A stretch of 64,000 nt of DNA from NCBI RefSeq assembly GCF_022045235.1, contig NW_027266308.1, forward strand, positions 58,590,001-58,654,000. The letters are read 5' to 3'. This stretch comes from Haliotis cracherodii. Lineage: Eukaryota. Below, piece after piece: positions 12,586 through 26,339 of the stretch; the stretch's first letter is position 1, and every line of letters starts with the position of its first letter. Made by a program: the position numbers and the translations under genes. Below the pieces are notes generated by a model. The model was not told where the DNA came from, searched no databases, and worked only from the letters and a program-made list of their open reading frames with translations.

Positions 12586-15500
12586 TCAGGCGGGTGAACC
12601 TTCGACTTTTGTCTCGGCTTGAGTTGACAAAGGGGCTGTACTATTTCCTTTTTTCTTCTTTGATTTCTTTTTCGGTTTCTCATCCTCATTTATCAGCAGA
12701 GCTGGCACTTTGCACAGTTTGCCTCCTGTTAAGAGCATCAAGACTCCCAACACAATCTGCAGGATCATTGTGAAAAAGGCGAAGACGTAGGAATAACTCA
12801 GGTCTCCTTTTCTGGACTGGTTGCCTATGGTATACGTCAGCCTCTCGCCACTGCCGTACACAGCACCATAGATGATGAGACCGATAAAGTATATTATTCC
12901 TGTAACAAAATTAAAAAGTTTTATCTCAGAGTGAATTGAGTGAATGGACAAAGAACTAAACTCATTAATTGCATTACCAAGGTCATACATTTGGGCATTG
13001 TACCCCATCGTCGATACTTCACTCATTTTATGAGGGAGTGAGTTTGGTTTAACGCCGCTTTTAACAGTATTCCAGTTATATCGCGGCGTGTCAGCTTAAT
13101 GTGGGAGGAAAGCCGGAAATGATGCAGGTCTCAGACGTTTAACACTTTCGGTGAAACCCACCAGCACGGGTATGGTGCTGACAAACCTAGAAAAATAATC
13201 GGGTCGAACCGGGATTCGAACCCACAATCATTGGTTTCTGGCGTGCCCAAGGCACGCAACTCTGTACAGCGAATCGCGGCGCCTTAGACGACTGGGCCAC
13301 CCGTGCTCCCCTCATTTTATGAACCTGTACATTCCTCCATCACCCGATTTGCAGTGTAGTGGCTATTTTTAACCAATGACGAGAGAGAAAGCAGCCCCTG
13401 CTCACACCAATAAGCGCTCAGGTTACACCACACGAAAAGTCAATATTTCTAGAGCAAGTTTTGTAATAGCCTTGAGGCTATCTTCTTCTTACATTGCTTC
13501 AATATCAGACGACTAACGGGATCGGGTGGTCAGTCTCGCTGACTTGGTTCATGCATGTCATATCCCAATTGCGTGGATCTATGCTCATTATGTCAATCAC
13601 TGGATTGTCTGGTCCAGACTCGATTATTTACAGACGGCCGTCATATAGCTGGAGTATTGTTAGTGCGGCGTCAAACAGCAAACAAACAAACAAACAAACA
13701 AACAAACAATTGTAAGGTTCGTAAAAAGGTCGTGCACATAGCCGAGATCACTTCCGTGAGTTCTAAATGGCCACATTTCATAAGCTAACTTCAAATAGAC
13801 AAGCGTCAATACTGTACATCAAATCGTCCGTATGTATTCACGGGAGATGAATGCATGTGTAATATACAAATCTGTGAACCATTGACGTTGAGTGTAAGCG
13901 ATGTTGAAAAATCAAATCCAAGTCTTCGACGTGACGAGCACACGCTTTACCCACTAACCTCCCACCTCAAGGTTTGTGTTTCGATGGTTCAACAAATCGG
14001 TGCAACATTCAGTCAGCACTGATCAACATCTCATTTGTAAACATACACTACTACAAAGCAACATTTAAAAAAAAGAAGAAGATGTACCCTCACCTGTGAC
14101 GATGGCTTGGACGGCGTTCACCTCGTTGATGTCAGTGACCTTTTTACAGGATGACGTGAACATCTGTAGCATAGTAACAAGAAAGAGGATGTTGACCCCC
14201 ATGAACCCGATAGTAGCAAACGCCTGAACTGTGCCATAGTGGGCTGAAACATACATATTTAAATACATATGCATACATTTCATGTTGTGAGTGTAAATGT
14301 TAAACAAATTAGTGGACTGTGGATAAGTGTTTCGACTACAGTAAACTACGTTTATAACGAACACTCTTATAACGGACTGACGGATATAACGTACTATTTT
14401 TGAATTTGATATTCCAACACATGATCATAGCTTTCTGGCACGCCTAAGGGACGTAATTCTGCAGCGCAAGATAAGGCGCCTTAGACGTACATGCTTGTCC
14501 CCGCATAACGTAATTATTAACTGAGCGAAACCTTTTATATTTTGTAATGAAAGAACTGTTTTCAAAGGTTTAATCTAATGAGCAAGAGCAAGTATTTGTT
14601 CTTATAAGAGTGTGTGAGTGAGTGAGTTGGGTTTTACACCGCTTGTAACACTATTCCAGTTATATGACGGCGTGTCAGCTTAAAGTGGGAGGAAAGCCCG
14701 AACTGATGCAGGTCTCAGACGTTTAACACTTTCGGTGAAACCCACGAGCACGGGTATGGTGCTGACAAACCTAGAAACATAATCGGGGCGAACCGGGATT
14801 CAAACCCACAATCATTGGTTTCTGGCGTGCCCAAGGGACGCAACTCTGCATAGCGAATCGCGGCGCCTTAGACGCCTGGGCCATACGTGCCCCCTGTTCT
14901 TATAAGAGATGAAGGTAAACACTTGATAATTATTAATTTTCTCTTAGCCATACGTTTGTATCAAAAGTACGCTATCAAGTATAAGAAAGAAAAACGATCA
15001 GTGATATGATCTTTCGCCATGAATGACGAATATGAATCAAAATGGCCTGAACGACTACCCATGAATGCAATCTTACAAACGAACTTAAGAAAATGGCAGT
15101 CTTATGCATCATGCAATATGGTTGAGCGGTACTAAGACGTAATGTCAATGGACACCTAATGCATGAATTTCAAATGCAATGTTTCAGTTTTTCAAATGTG
15201 ACTTTTCCGTACAGATGTTTAATATTATTTCAGTCACTTGCTTGATAAGGGTACCACCATCTTTACCAAACATTACATTTAAGAAATGAAACCCATCATT
15301 CAACGCTGTCTTCATTCATCATCTTAAGTCTATGAAATCATTTTAAATAATACTTTACACATGGGCCCAATGCCCAATCATAAATCAAACAACGCCGAGA
15401 GGTTAAAAGTCTCAATTTGGATGACCCATGTTTTGTCAGTACTGTAGCTCCGCCTCCACACGACACCTGTCTCTTTCAACGTGATGTATTTTAATTGAAT

Positions 15501-16615
15501 ACCCTCCCACCAACGTCACTATAGCAGGCTGTGCACACATTAATCAAGTTGTCATTAAAGAGCTCATGCCACAGTACTGCATAGTCATGGTTATTCACAA
15601 AGAGGTAAATCTTCGGTAACAACAAAAGCCATTGACAATATGCATGTCGCCATAGGGAACGTAATGCATATGGTTGATTCCAGCATCTACGTGAATGGCA
15701 TCGTTACACCCTCGCCGTCTTACTTCCGTCTTTTCAACGACGCCATTGTTGAAGCTGTTATTTGCGTGCTTAATGATTTAGGAATAGAATACCAGAATAA
15801 AGCAATATGATCTCCAATTTACATGTAAATAGATCTTACCGGTACCGTTTTATTACATTTCAATGTCAATAATGTGTATGAGCACATGCATATATAATGC
15901 ATATCGATGATGAAAATTTATTTAAGATCGATGATTTTAGGGTCAAATTCTGATCAAATTAAAACGTTATCGAATTCGTATTAAATGGTTTATGACAAGT
16001 TGAGAGGGATATTACTCCAACGTGCAAATTTAGATTCAACCGAATGATCATGTAACTGACTAGTTGTACGTAAATCTGTGATATTCTAGTTACTATACTG
16101 TCCTTCGTCGACAGAATTTTATAAAGTTTAGATATATATTGTTAATGTCAAATTTTGTCTCGTCACGACATGGCTGAAATATTGCCGATGTGACGGTAAT
16201 CTTAACTCACTCACTCATGTAACTGATTTCGAGTGTACAAGATAATACTTGTTGGAAATTACTTATATTGGGTACAAGTTTGTTGTAGGATTGAATATAA
16301 CGAGTATGCACCTAGTAATTATTTTGAGACAACTTGGAAATGTGAATGTGCATACTGGGATCACTTACCCAGATTGGCGCCATCTAATGGAAAGCAATTT
16401 GGGATCGGATTGACTGCTGTTCCCACGTTTGAACAGCTTCTCCACAAGCCGTAGCCGATGTGGTCATCACCGTTCCCGGACAGTGTCGTGAAGCGTCGGG
16501 CCCAAGCAGGGGTGGTAAAAGACAACCAGTTAAAAAACTGAGTCACAAGAACCAGAATAAAGATGATTCGTTTCAGAAGGGAAGCCGCCTTCAAACTCTC
16601 CACTACACCTGCCAT
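12586..16615 (-). CDS. Claudin/PMP22-superfamily tetraspan protein, paralogue 3 (~236 aa, lysine-rich C-tail)
   Basis: Exons 16615-16369, 14243-14094, 12899-12586; open 711-nt frame; PAWA...GYGLWRSC-x12-C; tail EDEKPKKKSKKKKG...EGSPA*. Confidence 0.9.
13034..13310 (-). mobile_element. SINE family B, full length
   Basis: TSD CTCATTTTATGA at 13022-13033 and 13311-13322. Confidence 0.9.
13510..13710 (+). mobile_element. Retroposon family C, 5'-truncated
   Basis: GACTAACGGGATCGGGTGGTC...GCGGCGTCAAAC(AAAC)n. Confidence 0.82.
14611..14894 (-). mobile_element. SINE family B, full length
   Basis: TSD TGTTCTTATAAGAG on both sides. Confidence 0.9.
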
Positions 16616-17593
16616 GGCTCACTTAGACAGCTATATCAGATAACATACCAACCCCAACTGTATCATATCAATATGAACACCTCTGTATGTCCGTCTCCAA
16701 AATATAGGGGCATTAGTTATTGTTATTGGTAATCCATTAAGGATGTGTTGAATGTCTTATTGTCCTTGACAGGAATTCAACACAAAGGTTCTATGCAGCT
16801 TTTTTTAGCCTATAACACCTGTCATATCATAATAATTGTACACAACTGCAATATTAAGATGTCAGTGCGAGTCTTTTGAGCAAATTCTTTTATGCGGGTA
16901 ACTGTTTGTATGAAAGAACCGAAAACTCGTTCTGTGCTTCAAATGCGTGACTGTTATGGGTTGCAAAGGGGTTTCTATAGAAGGAATATAATCGATTGAA
17001 ATGAATGTTTCGTGTCTTGTACTTGGGTTCATACGTCTTCGATCCAGTATGACAATGGTTGCAAGGTGTCCAAAGAACGTTCAGACACTGTGTGTTTGAC
17101 TTGAGAATATGTGTGTTGTTGTTGCATTAAGTGTTTAAGAGGTCGCCTTCTGCCAAAGCAATTTCGGCTGACCTGTCCCTCTTTGGGACTCCTGTGTGTG
17201 AGTAGGGTACACATATTTATTGTGAGTTATGTGTTCACATAATTTCTGGTTTTGTATTGATATGATTTCTATTTTCTTATATTGATATGATTTCATTTTT
17301 ATCCCTGGCTGCTCTGTTTATATAGCCGTCTATCTCTCAGAAATAGAGTCAGTTTGGCCTTCGCTATTGCATCTCTTGGCTTTAGGAGATCTATGACAGA
17401 TAGCGGATCTAACTGCAATTCTTGTTTTAACCTAGCCTAGGCTGGGGCATGGTCTTGACATTCTAGTAACAAAGATGCGTAGGATTTAATGACCTAAGTA
17501 CCATAACATGTGTGCTTAGGAAAGCGCACGTGACAATGAGGTGGTCATGGCTATAGCAACATGCTTTGCATCAACAAAATACTACATAAACAT

Positions 17594-18267
17594 TACAGCT
17601 CATTTGGCTCCGAATGAAAACGATGAATTGCAAAATAACTCAAAATCGGGAATAATCTTAAATATGTCGATACCATACATGGCAATGAATACTCTGTACA
17701 CAACAATATCTGCTGTTTGTTCTTTTTATTCCCATCACTGGAACAAGTTGTCTCAGAAACTATCATGTTGGTATGTGTTCACGTTGACATCTTGAACGGA
17801 GGGGAAAATAACGGTAAGAGGATTCTCGTACTGTACGCGCTACGCAACGGCACAGGGGTAACAGCATAAGAGGGGTCGTCTCATGATTTTTTTTATCGCA
17901 ATCTGACTCTCATGTCACAGCCATGGTCGTCGGAGTGCTGATGGTCACAAATATATAGGTGGGGCTGTTGCTTGCTGAAGTCCATCACATGACCAGTATC
18001 TTGACCCTATCTCGTTGACAGTTTCGCGACCAAGGAATTCATTTTCTAGCTTTTCAACTTCAAGTTGCCATAGCTTGTATTTTGTAACAATTAAATCATG
18101 TCCAGTTTCAAGATATTTCTTTAAGTCTTAGTGACATGTATCTATTTTCTGTATGCAGTTTAACAACTGCACGTCTGACTTGTTTTTTCTTACATTTATA
18201 GACTGTTCCTTATTTTGAGTTATTTTGCAATTCATCGTTCTCATTTGTAGCCAAACGGACTATGGTA
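17594..18267. mobile_element. Probable non-autonomous DNA transposon with ~75-bp imperfect terminal inverted repeats
   Basis: TTTGGCTCCGAATGAAAACGATGAATTGCAAAATAACTCAAAAT (~17603) is the reverse complement of ATTTTGAGTTATTTTGCAATTCATCGTTCTCATTTGTAGCCAAA (~18212-18256); no transposase inside. Confidence 0.6.
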
Positions 18268-19001
18268 AATAAGAAAGAGCCAGCTTTGCAATTTAACACC
18301 AGTCGCTCGTCGGGAAACTGTCGTTGCGGACTTTAACGAAGGATTGAAAGAATATATTTTGATTTGAAAAATATCAACACGAGTTGACAAATGTTTTAAA
18401 ACTCCGATGCTTGCCGCGGTGGTTTAAGCGTTAATCGACGAGTAAATGTCGACGGGTATAAGTGTACCCAGAGTAATCCCGTTAGGCGGTCGGTTACTGG
18501 ATTAACGTTTTTCCCAGTTCCTAAAAAATGAACTCAGTTTTTAATTATAAAAATAATAATAATATTCAATGCTGCTCTCCAGAGCTTGCTTATCAGCGAG
18601 TTCGCAGAGCTTGAATGAAGCCGTGTTGAAATACAGTTAACCGTCCAAGGAATCAATAGATATTGCATTACAAGAACCTTTACCAGGTAAAAGTTCTTCG
18701 GGTTGAAGTTTGATTTTATACTGATAATAAAGGCTTCAAAACCTTTTCAATAGACATAAGAAATTTCCCCAAAAAGCAGAGTCAACTGTAGATTCCGACT
18801 GTGTCATAAGCATGAACCACTATCAAATAGTGATGACACCAGTGTTCGCCAAAAGGTGAGCGTATCCTGCCTCACTGGTGGCATCCAACACAAACACTTT
18901 CAAAGGCAAGTCAATTTTTCACCTGAAAAAAAACCCAGGGGGACATATGGTACAAGTCAAAATAGGGAATTGAATCGGACATTTTTGTACCTGATGTACC
19001 A

Positions 19002-19166
19002 GTGAGTGAGTGAGTGAGTTTTAAGCCGCTTTTAGCAATATTCTAGCAATATCAAGGTGGGGAACATTAGAAATGGGCTTCACACTTTGTACCTATGAGG
19101 GGAATCGAACCCGAGCCTTCGGCGTGACGAGCGAACGCTTTAACCACTAGGTCAGCCCACCGCCCC
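19002..19166 (-). mobile_element. SINE family A
   Basis: TSD CTGATGTACCA at 18991-19001 and 19169-19179. Confidence 0.88.
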
Positions 19167-19286
19167 AACTGATGTACCAAAATTGGAAATGTCCTCCACA
19201 TGTCTACCATAAAAAGCTTATCGAACGCCCATGGATATTGCAACCACGATCAAATAACTTTTGAGCACGAGTCGTATGACGGTCTT

Positions 19287-19566
19287 GGGGGCACGGGTGG
19301 CCCAGTCGTCTAAGGCGCCGCGATTCGCTGTGCAGAGTTGCGTCCCTTGGGCACGCCAGAAACCTATGATTGTGGGTTCGAATCCCGGTTCGCCCCGATT
19401 ATGTTTCTAGGTTTGTCAGCACCATACCCGTGTTCGTGGGTTTCACCGAAGTGGTAAAGGTCTGAGACCTGCATCATTTCGGGCTTTCCTCCCACATTAA
19501 GCTGACACGCTTAGAGAGATAACTGGTATACTGTTAAAAGCGGCGTTAAACCAACTCACTCACTCA
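19287..19566 (+). mobile_element. SINE family B, full length
   Basis: GGGGGCACGGGTGGCCCAGTCGTCTAAGGCG...GGTTCGAATCCC head, (ACTC)n tail, TSD CGTATG(A/G)CGGTCTT. Confidence 0.9.
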
Positions 19567-20354
19567 CGTATGGCGGTCTTTGACATCTTGGTAAAAAGAG
19601 GGTACTAATATAAGTTTGAGGGGTGTCCTTGATCACACTGACACCATGCCACAGTAGATTCCAGTCTTTTGAGGTCTGCACATATGTAACTGGACGTGAA
19701 GTCGATCGATGACAAGGAAAGTTAAATGCACAATCGCGTGCAGAATCAACTGCCCCCCCCCCCCCCCCCCCCCCCCTGCCCCCACCACCACGAGAGGATG
19801 TTTGATATGATATGATCGGACAGACCGCTCCCCGCGAGATAGGACAAGGTTATGTGGCGTGTTTTGACGACCCATACCGTGGTGACTGAACGCACAATCC
19901 TGACACAGACATTCGTATGCCATTCACAATATAACTGCATATCACTGACGGCTTTTCTCAGTGGAGGAGGCTATTAAATTCTACCCAGTCTTCACGCCCT
20001 GCCTAGTTTCATTGCCAGACGCACAGACCCAGTATGAGGTAGACCAGGTGTAATACACAGGTTGAAGGTGGGGCTTGTTTCGGCTGCCATGTGTTAAGCA
20101 TTGCTGTGTTGTCATAACACATGTCGTTAAAAACATATACAAATAACGACCATATACACTTTCCGTAANNNNNNNNNNNNNNNNNNNNNNNNNNNNNNNN
20201 NNNNNNNNNNNNNNNNNNNNNNNNNNNNNNNNNNNNNNNNNNNNNNNNNNNNNNNNNNNNNNNNNNNNNNNNNNNNNNNNNNNNNNNNNNNNNNNNNNNN
20301 NNNNNNNNNNNNNNAGGAGTCGAGACAGATAATACAACGTAAGATAACTGGAGA

Positions 20355-20530
20355 GGAGTGGCGTGGCGTGGCGTGGCGTGGCGTGGCGGGGCGGGGCGCG
20401 ACGGAGCGGAGCGGTATGGAGGGGGGTGAAGTGCAGTGCAGTGCAGTGGGGTGGGGCGTGGCGGGGCGTGGCGGGGCGTGGCGTGGCGGGTAGTGGAGTG
20501 GAGGTTTAGTGTAATGTAGTGCAGTGCAGC
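20355..20530. repeat. G-rich pentanucleotide repeat (GCGTG/GTGCA variants) next to an assembly gap
   Basis: Visible 5-nt periodicity. Confidence 0.8.
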
Positions 20531-21318
20531 ACAAAACCAATACATGTTCATACCTTCAGCTTGTATTTACTTTCAAATTATGACAAACACTAAAAGAGTC
20601 TGTGAAATAAATTTCTTTATATGAACTATATTCACGGAGGTACAAATTAATATTACGTCTAAGAAACAGAAGAGACAAAACTATTTCCATAATCATAAGA
20701 AATATAGAATCAATATACGATTCCGACTATATCCAAAACATATATTTATGAACCAAATATCAAATAGTGAGGACACCAGGTGTATGTTTTGCCATGAGCT
20801 GATAAAGAGAGCAAGGATCATTTGTCAGCTATACGAACACAACATAGTACAAATATCATTACACATTTAATGACAGCCAAAGGTCTAAACAATTAAAAAT
20901 AAATTAAAATGACTTTCATTTCAAAATATTGACCCCCTTTTAAATATTTTGATGGTTTCAATTATTTTTAGATAAATAGTTAAGTTTGCATAATATTCAT
21001 CTACATTAAGCTGAGATTTGTTATGAGAAATAGTTTAAGCCTGGTTTGTATAGTTCCAGTCCTAGTAGCTGACATCTCATACAAGACATTCGACAGGGAT
21101 ATTGTATATGACAAGCATTGTTCAAGGGGATGTAAGGAAATCACCATCACAATGGTATTGTAAAGAAGGCAAGATAAGAAGTTCAAAGTGAAGCCACGTC
21201 ACAGGGTGGGAGTACTTCCTGCAGGGGAACTTGACTTGACAACATTGGTTGTGTCGACTTCATCCTTCCTCGACACAACAGAATATTCTCCCATTACCGT
21301 GACTTTATGCAGAGGTTA

Positions 21319-22818
21319 CTATTTGGCGGCCACAGATCCACCTTTGAGGCCGATCACAAGCAGAACAACGCCGACAACGATCTCCAACACCATGGCGAAC
21401 ACAGCAAAGACGAATGAGTAGCCCAGGTCGCCATCCACGGCAATGACTGCACTGTGAAGTTTGTCTCCATTGCCGTATTCCGCACCGAATATAATGATGC
21501 CGATCAAGTAGAGAACACCTGGAAATTATATAGTTTAAACATATTTTATTCAATTTTACCTGAAAGGGATCGGTAAACAGGCCTTACTGTCTTATTCAAA
21601 TTACACTCCCTGTTACATAAATACATTTGTGTAGACATAAAAACTTCAAGGTTTTAAAAAATTTAAGCTATGGTATGAAACAATAACACGTTAGTTTAGG
21701 AGTCTAAACTAGAAACAGACATTATACTCATTTCAAATTAAGTGATGTGTACACGTGCCACCTAATTATCAGCAATTGTCAGTTAACCATTCTTATAGTT
21801 TTAAAATTATTATTAACATAAATATACCTGTTACAGTGTTCATACGACCGGGACGAATATATATATATTGAAACACAAACGTAACTTCAGTCTGAGTTTC
21901 CACATAATTAAGTCAATATGTTTTGGTACTAAATACAAATTGTTATAAGCTGACAAAAATGCAGCAATGCAATTTATTGATAAATATTACCAACGGTAAA
22001 AACATAAATGATATGGGAAAGAGGGAAACACAATTTTCTTCATGTTTCTTTTACTTCTTGTTCAGGTTAAACTGAACTGAATCAATAATGTTAGTGTGAG
22101 TTGTTTGACGCCATACCTGTAACGATAGCTTGGATGCCGTTGACTTTATCGATGTCAGAGACGTCGGCACACTTGCTTGTGAACATCTTGAGGATGATAA
22201 TGAGGCACATTGCGTTGAGTCCAAGAAATCCGATTGATACCAAAGCCTGAACAGCGCCATAATACACTGAAACCCAAACCATACACCCTTACTTACTGAT
22301 CTTCGGCGTGACAGGCGACACGACTTTATCATTAATCTGCCCAAAGGGGACAATGGTTTTTGAACATATTGAAGCATCTATGGGCTTGGTTTCACGATAC
22401 ATGTATCTTTTTTTCCCGGGTTTTACTATTATAGCATAGCTATTGTCATTGTCCGAACATCTCCCCCCCCCCCCCCACCCCCCATAAAGTACCCCATAAA
22501 TAAAAAAACCTCTAATCAAATATAATATATTTCTATAATAGAATGTTGTTTGATAAAAGGACAATATTTACCGAGATTTGTTCCGTCTATCTGGGTGCAT
22601 ACAGATACAATTCTACCGGAGCCGGTATCCGAGCCTGTTCCACATATTCTCCACAGCCCGAAGCCAATGAAAGTCTCCTTATTTGTATTTGTAAATAGAC
22701 GAGCCCATGCTGCAGTAGTAAAGGCTATCCAGTTACACATGTTCCCCAAAAGAGCAAGAACAAGAACAACGATGCCAATGGCACCGGCACCCTTCAGACT
22801 CTCAAACACTCCGGCCAT
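21319..22818 (-). CDS. Claudin/PMP22-superfamily tetraspan protein, paralogue 4 (~198 aa)
   Basis: Exons 22818-22572, 22266-22117, 21518-21319; open 597-nt frame; GFGLWRIC-x14-C; ends GGSVAAK*. Confidence 0.9.
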
Positions 22819-24009
22819 ATTATGTGTAAGGAGACGAAGGTTCTGCCGTTATAAGTTTACATGAAATGACAACCGACCAGTTCTTCGACTGTTTTTAAGT
22901 CTGTTGTCTAAGCAAAAATGTCTGTTGCTACAACATTGTAACCTGATTGGTCGATAACGAAACAAAAAATGATCTTGAACACAGCGACGCATACATAAAC
23001 CTTCAAGTTATTCGAGCATATTTGTCATCATGTGACTGACAATACATATTTCAAATGGAGATGTCTCTAAATCTTGTCTCAACCTGCCAACTTGTTTTCA
23101 TACTATGTGAATGGATTTATAAATAAACATTACAAAAAGATTAATAATGGTCTTTACGATCGCATTGATATTGATTTAAAAAAAGGTAAGGTGCAGTGAA
23201 ATGGGATTAAACGTCGCGTTCCCTATTATTGTACTTATATAGGAACATTCATGAAATGATCCCGTACACAGCAACGCATACATACATCTTCAAGATATTT
23301 AGGCGTTTATCTCCATGCTACCATGACCAAAAAAAACGCTTTGGTGTTAGCAAATATATTTAGAGAAGCGGCATGGTTTGAGTCCAAAGTTTTGAGTTGG
23401 TTAAATTACGGAATTACCGACAACAGCCTGTGAACAAAATATCGCGCTGTATATGCGCAAGCAGTTTGCCTATAGTACGACGTGCCAATGCATTATGTAA
23501 TACTTCACTCGAACATATACCAGGCATTGAAAGCATATGAGCACGCAAACTTGGTCAGCTAACATAGGCTACCCATAAAGATAGCTAAGCAAGCTTTGCA
23601 AAGCTTTCGTTCTACACCGCACGTCACCAGTATGACGTCATATCACTCACTGTGACGCAAGGGATATGACGTCACAGTCGTATATAGAAAAACGCCAAAT
23701 TCCATGCTCTCTGTAGTCCCAAATGTTTAAAACATATTCTCTTTGTAGATTTCTATTGTGTTTTTTGCACGAAATGTATCGCCTAACATCCTTTGAATAT
23801 TGTAGTAAGCACAACTTTGCAACCTGCAATAGTAGATATAAGTATCTAAATATACCTACGGACAATGACTGAAAAAAGTACTATTCTATGAATATAGGCT
23901 ACCGCGGTGATGCAGGCGTGAAACTAGCTGTTTCGACTACTGACGCATTTATAGTCCTAGCCCATTGAGATACCATACTATACATGAATACTACACTCAG
24001 ACAGCTTGG

Positions 24010-24760
24010 ATGTTTTCGAATAAATTATAGTGTCCCCGAAATTCTTGAAAAGGTTTAATTACTCTTCATATTATTGGAAAAGGAAATTGTAGACAGTACT
24101 AAAATCTCTCGAATATTGATGTATGGTTTTGAAGTGTGGGGTATTAAATATCATGCCCCATTTGAAAAGATACAAGTATCCTAATGTAAACTATTTTGGG
24201 GAGTGGGTAATGATTCAGCAATCTTCAGCAAAAAGATGTTCTGGGTGAAACTGATGGTCATTGTATGTTTATCAACACGCCAATAAGGGCAAAGAAGTAC
24301 TGGATTAAGCTTCTTCGATTGAATGCAAGTCGATACCCCCTCCAAAGTTGCGTTCTGCTTAAATTATAAGAGGATAGGCCATTGCAGGAAGATGACGTTT
24401 AACAGATATTTATTTCCAAACATAGTACCAAAGTTTGGAGGTTTCTACCTTTGTAGCGAATATATAATCTTTTCTGCAACCTGAGTTTTATATAACTGTA
24501 CTCAGAGATAAACGATTTGTTGGAGCAATGTGTAAACTTCGAAAGTCTCTAAACAACTTTCGAGTCAACATTATTTTGTGAAAAACCAACATTTAACACC
24601 GTGTACAGACTCTGCATGTGAAGACAGTGACCTTCATTTAGTAGTGGATGAATGCAATGCACTTTTTGTACGTAAGAAATAGACTCTGTTGAAAAATAGC
24701 TTGCTTGTCTCATTACAGAAATATCATAAAGTTAGTATCACGTTTGCAATTGTCTTTTCT
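24010..24760 (+). mobile_element. Decayed LINE ORF2 3' part, carried inside the duplicated unit
   Basis: ILMYGFEVWG...CKLF.GV...VLGE...KYWIKLL, then a degenerate C..C...VDE...LFV zinc-knuckle region; stops and frameshifts present. Confidence 0.75.
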
Positions 24761-25494
24761 TAAGTTCTATTAATGTTCTAAGTTGGATAGGTCTATATTT
24801 AGGTAACATATCCAAAATAGGATGGGTATGTGGCATGCTGGGCATGTGACTTTAATATATGATTCATCTTTCATCTGCAGTATGGGCAATGTGGTTGATC
24901 GACTAGTACATATGATACATATTATCAAACAGCTAAAACTGGCGAGCAATAAAACGCTACCAAACTGAAAGCTTGACACGTTGGGTGAAAACCCGAATAA
25001 TGTAAGAAAATGGTTGAGAATCAATCGCCAATCAATGTTTTGTTAGGTTATTAGTGCGCAAACATTCATTTGTATCTATGGCTCATACGACTACCGTATA
25101 CATGATAACAAAAACAAATCACATTATTCAGCACAATATTTGACAGCAAGCTGTGTTTTGAAATTACATCATTGTCTGTGATGTGGCAGTATGGATACTT
25201 TAGGTATTTGGTTGAGAATAACCATCTTGACAACAAGAAGTATTTATAGTTTATATACTTCCACATTGCACATTATTCATGACAGGAACACTTACATGGG
25301 AGACTAGACAACAATACATCTCAATCAAACGTTCACGCTATGGGACATAGTATACTCTGTGTTTACGTATACGTTACCAGTCGTGAAGGTGTTCGAGGTC
25401 GAAGAGAGAGAGTGTATTGTGTCTGCTATGTTATGGTTATTACAATCTCAGAGCATTGAAAGAGCACAACTGGGTTTATATCGCTTTTGTGTGG

Positions 25495-25745
25495 TGTTTG
25501 TTTGTTTATTGTGTAACGCCGCACTCAGCAATATTTCAGTAACATGACGGTGTTCTGTAAATAATCGAGTTTGGACCAGACAATCCAGTGATTAACATCA
25601 CGAGCATCCATCCACGCTATTGGGATACGATGACATGCATCAACCAAGTGTGCGAACCTGTCCACCCGATGCCGTTGGTCGCCTTTTATGGCATGATCGC
25701 CTTTTACGGCAAGCATGGTTTGCTAGAGACAAATTCTAACCCTCT
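25495..25745 (-). mobile_element. Retroposon family C
   Basis: Reverse-complement match to the family C body and tail. Confidence 0.8.
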
Positions 25746-25749
25746 TCGC

Positions 25750-25890
25750 GGTGTGGTGTGGTGTGGTGTGGTGTGGTGTGGTGTGTATGGTGTAGCGTAG
25801 GTGTAGCGTAGGTGTGGTGTGGTGTGGTGTGGTTTGGTTTGGTGTGGTGTGGTGTGGTGTGGTGTGGTGTGGTGTGGTGTGGTGTGGTAT
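25750..25890. repeat. (GTGTG)n pentanucleotide microsatellite
   Basis: Direct; homologous tracts at 29650-29975 (inverted) and 33877-34220. Confidence 0.9.
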
Positions 25891-26339
25891 AGTCATTTAG
25901 TGATATTGTTAATATTAACGTCTAAGGAATAGAAGCGACAAAACTGTTGTAAAATTGTAAAAAAACACTTTGATTCATTTCTTTAATTTTCCGTAAATAA
26001 ACCGTTTGCATAATACCCATCTTCATTGAAGTGAGACTTCTGGTGAAAAATAGTTTAAGCCTGGTTTGTATAGTTCCAGTCATAGTAGCTGATATCTCAT
26101 ACAAGACATTCGACAGGGATATTGTATATGACAAGCATTGTTCAAGGGGATGTAAGGAAATCGCCATCACAATGGTATTGTAAAGAAGGCAAGATAAGAA
26201 GTTCAAAGTGAAGCCACGTCACAGGATGGGAGTACTTCCTGCAGGGGAACTTGACTTGACAACATTGGTTGTGTCGACTTCATCCTTCCACGACACAACA
26301 TAACATGCTCCCATTCCCCTTGACTTTATATAGTGGTTA

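Noticed and set aside
20990-21190. ORF MNFLSCLLYNTIVM... repeated three times (21001, 25922, 34273)
   Set aside because: Lies in the duplicated 3' UTR/flank, has a non-ATG start and variable ends; conservation is explained by recent duplication.
23620-23680. Paired CRE-like TGACGTCA motifs upstream of paralogue 4 (also near 8752-8778)
   Set aside because: Not seen at the equivalent position of the other paralogues (partly obscured by a gap); may belong to a repeat; no functional support.
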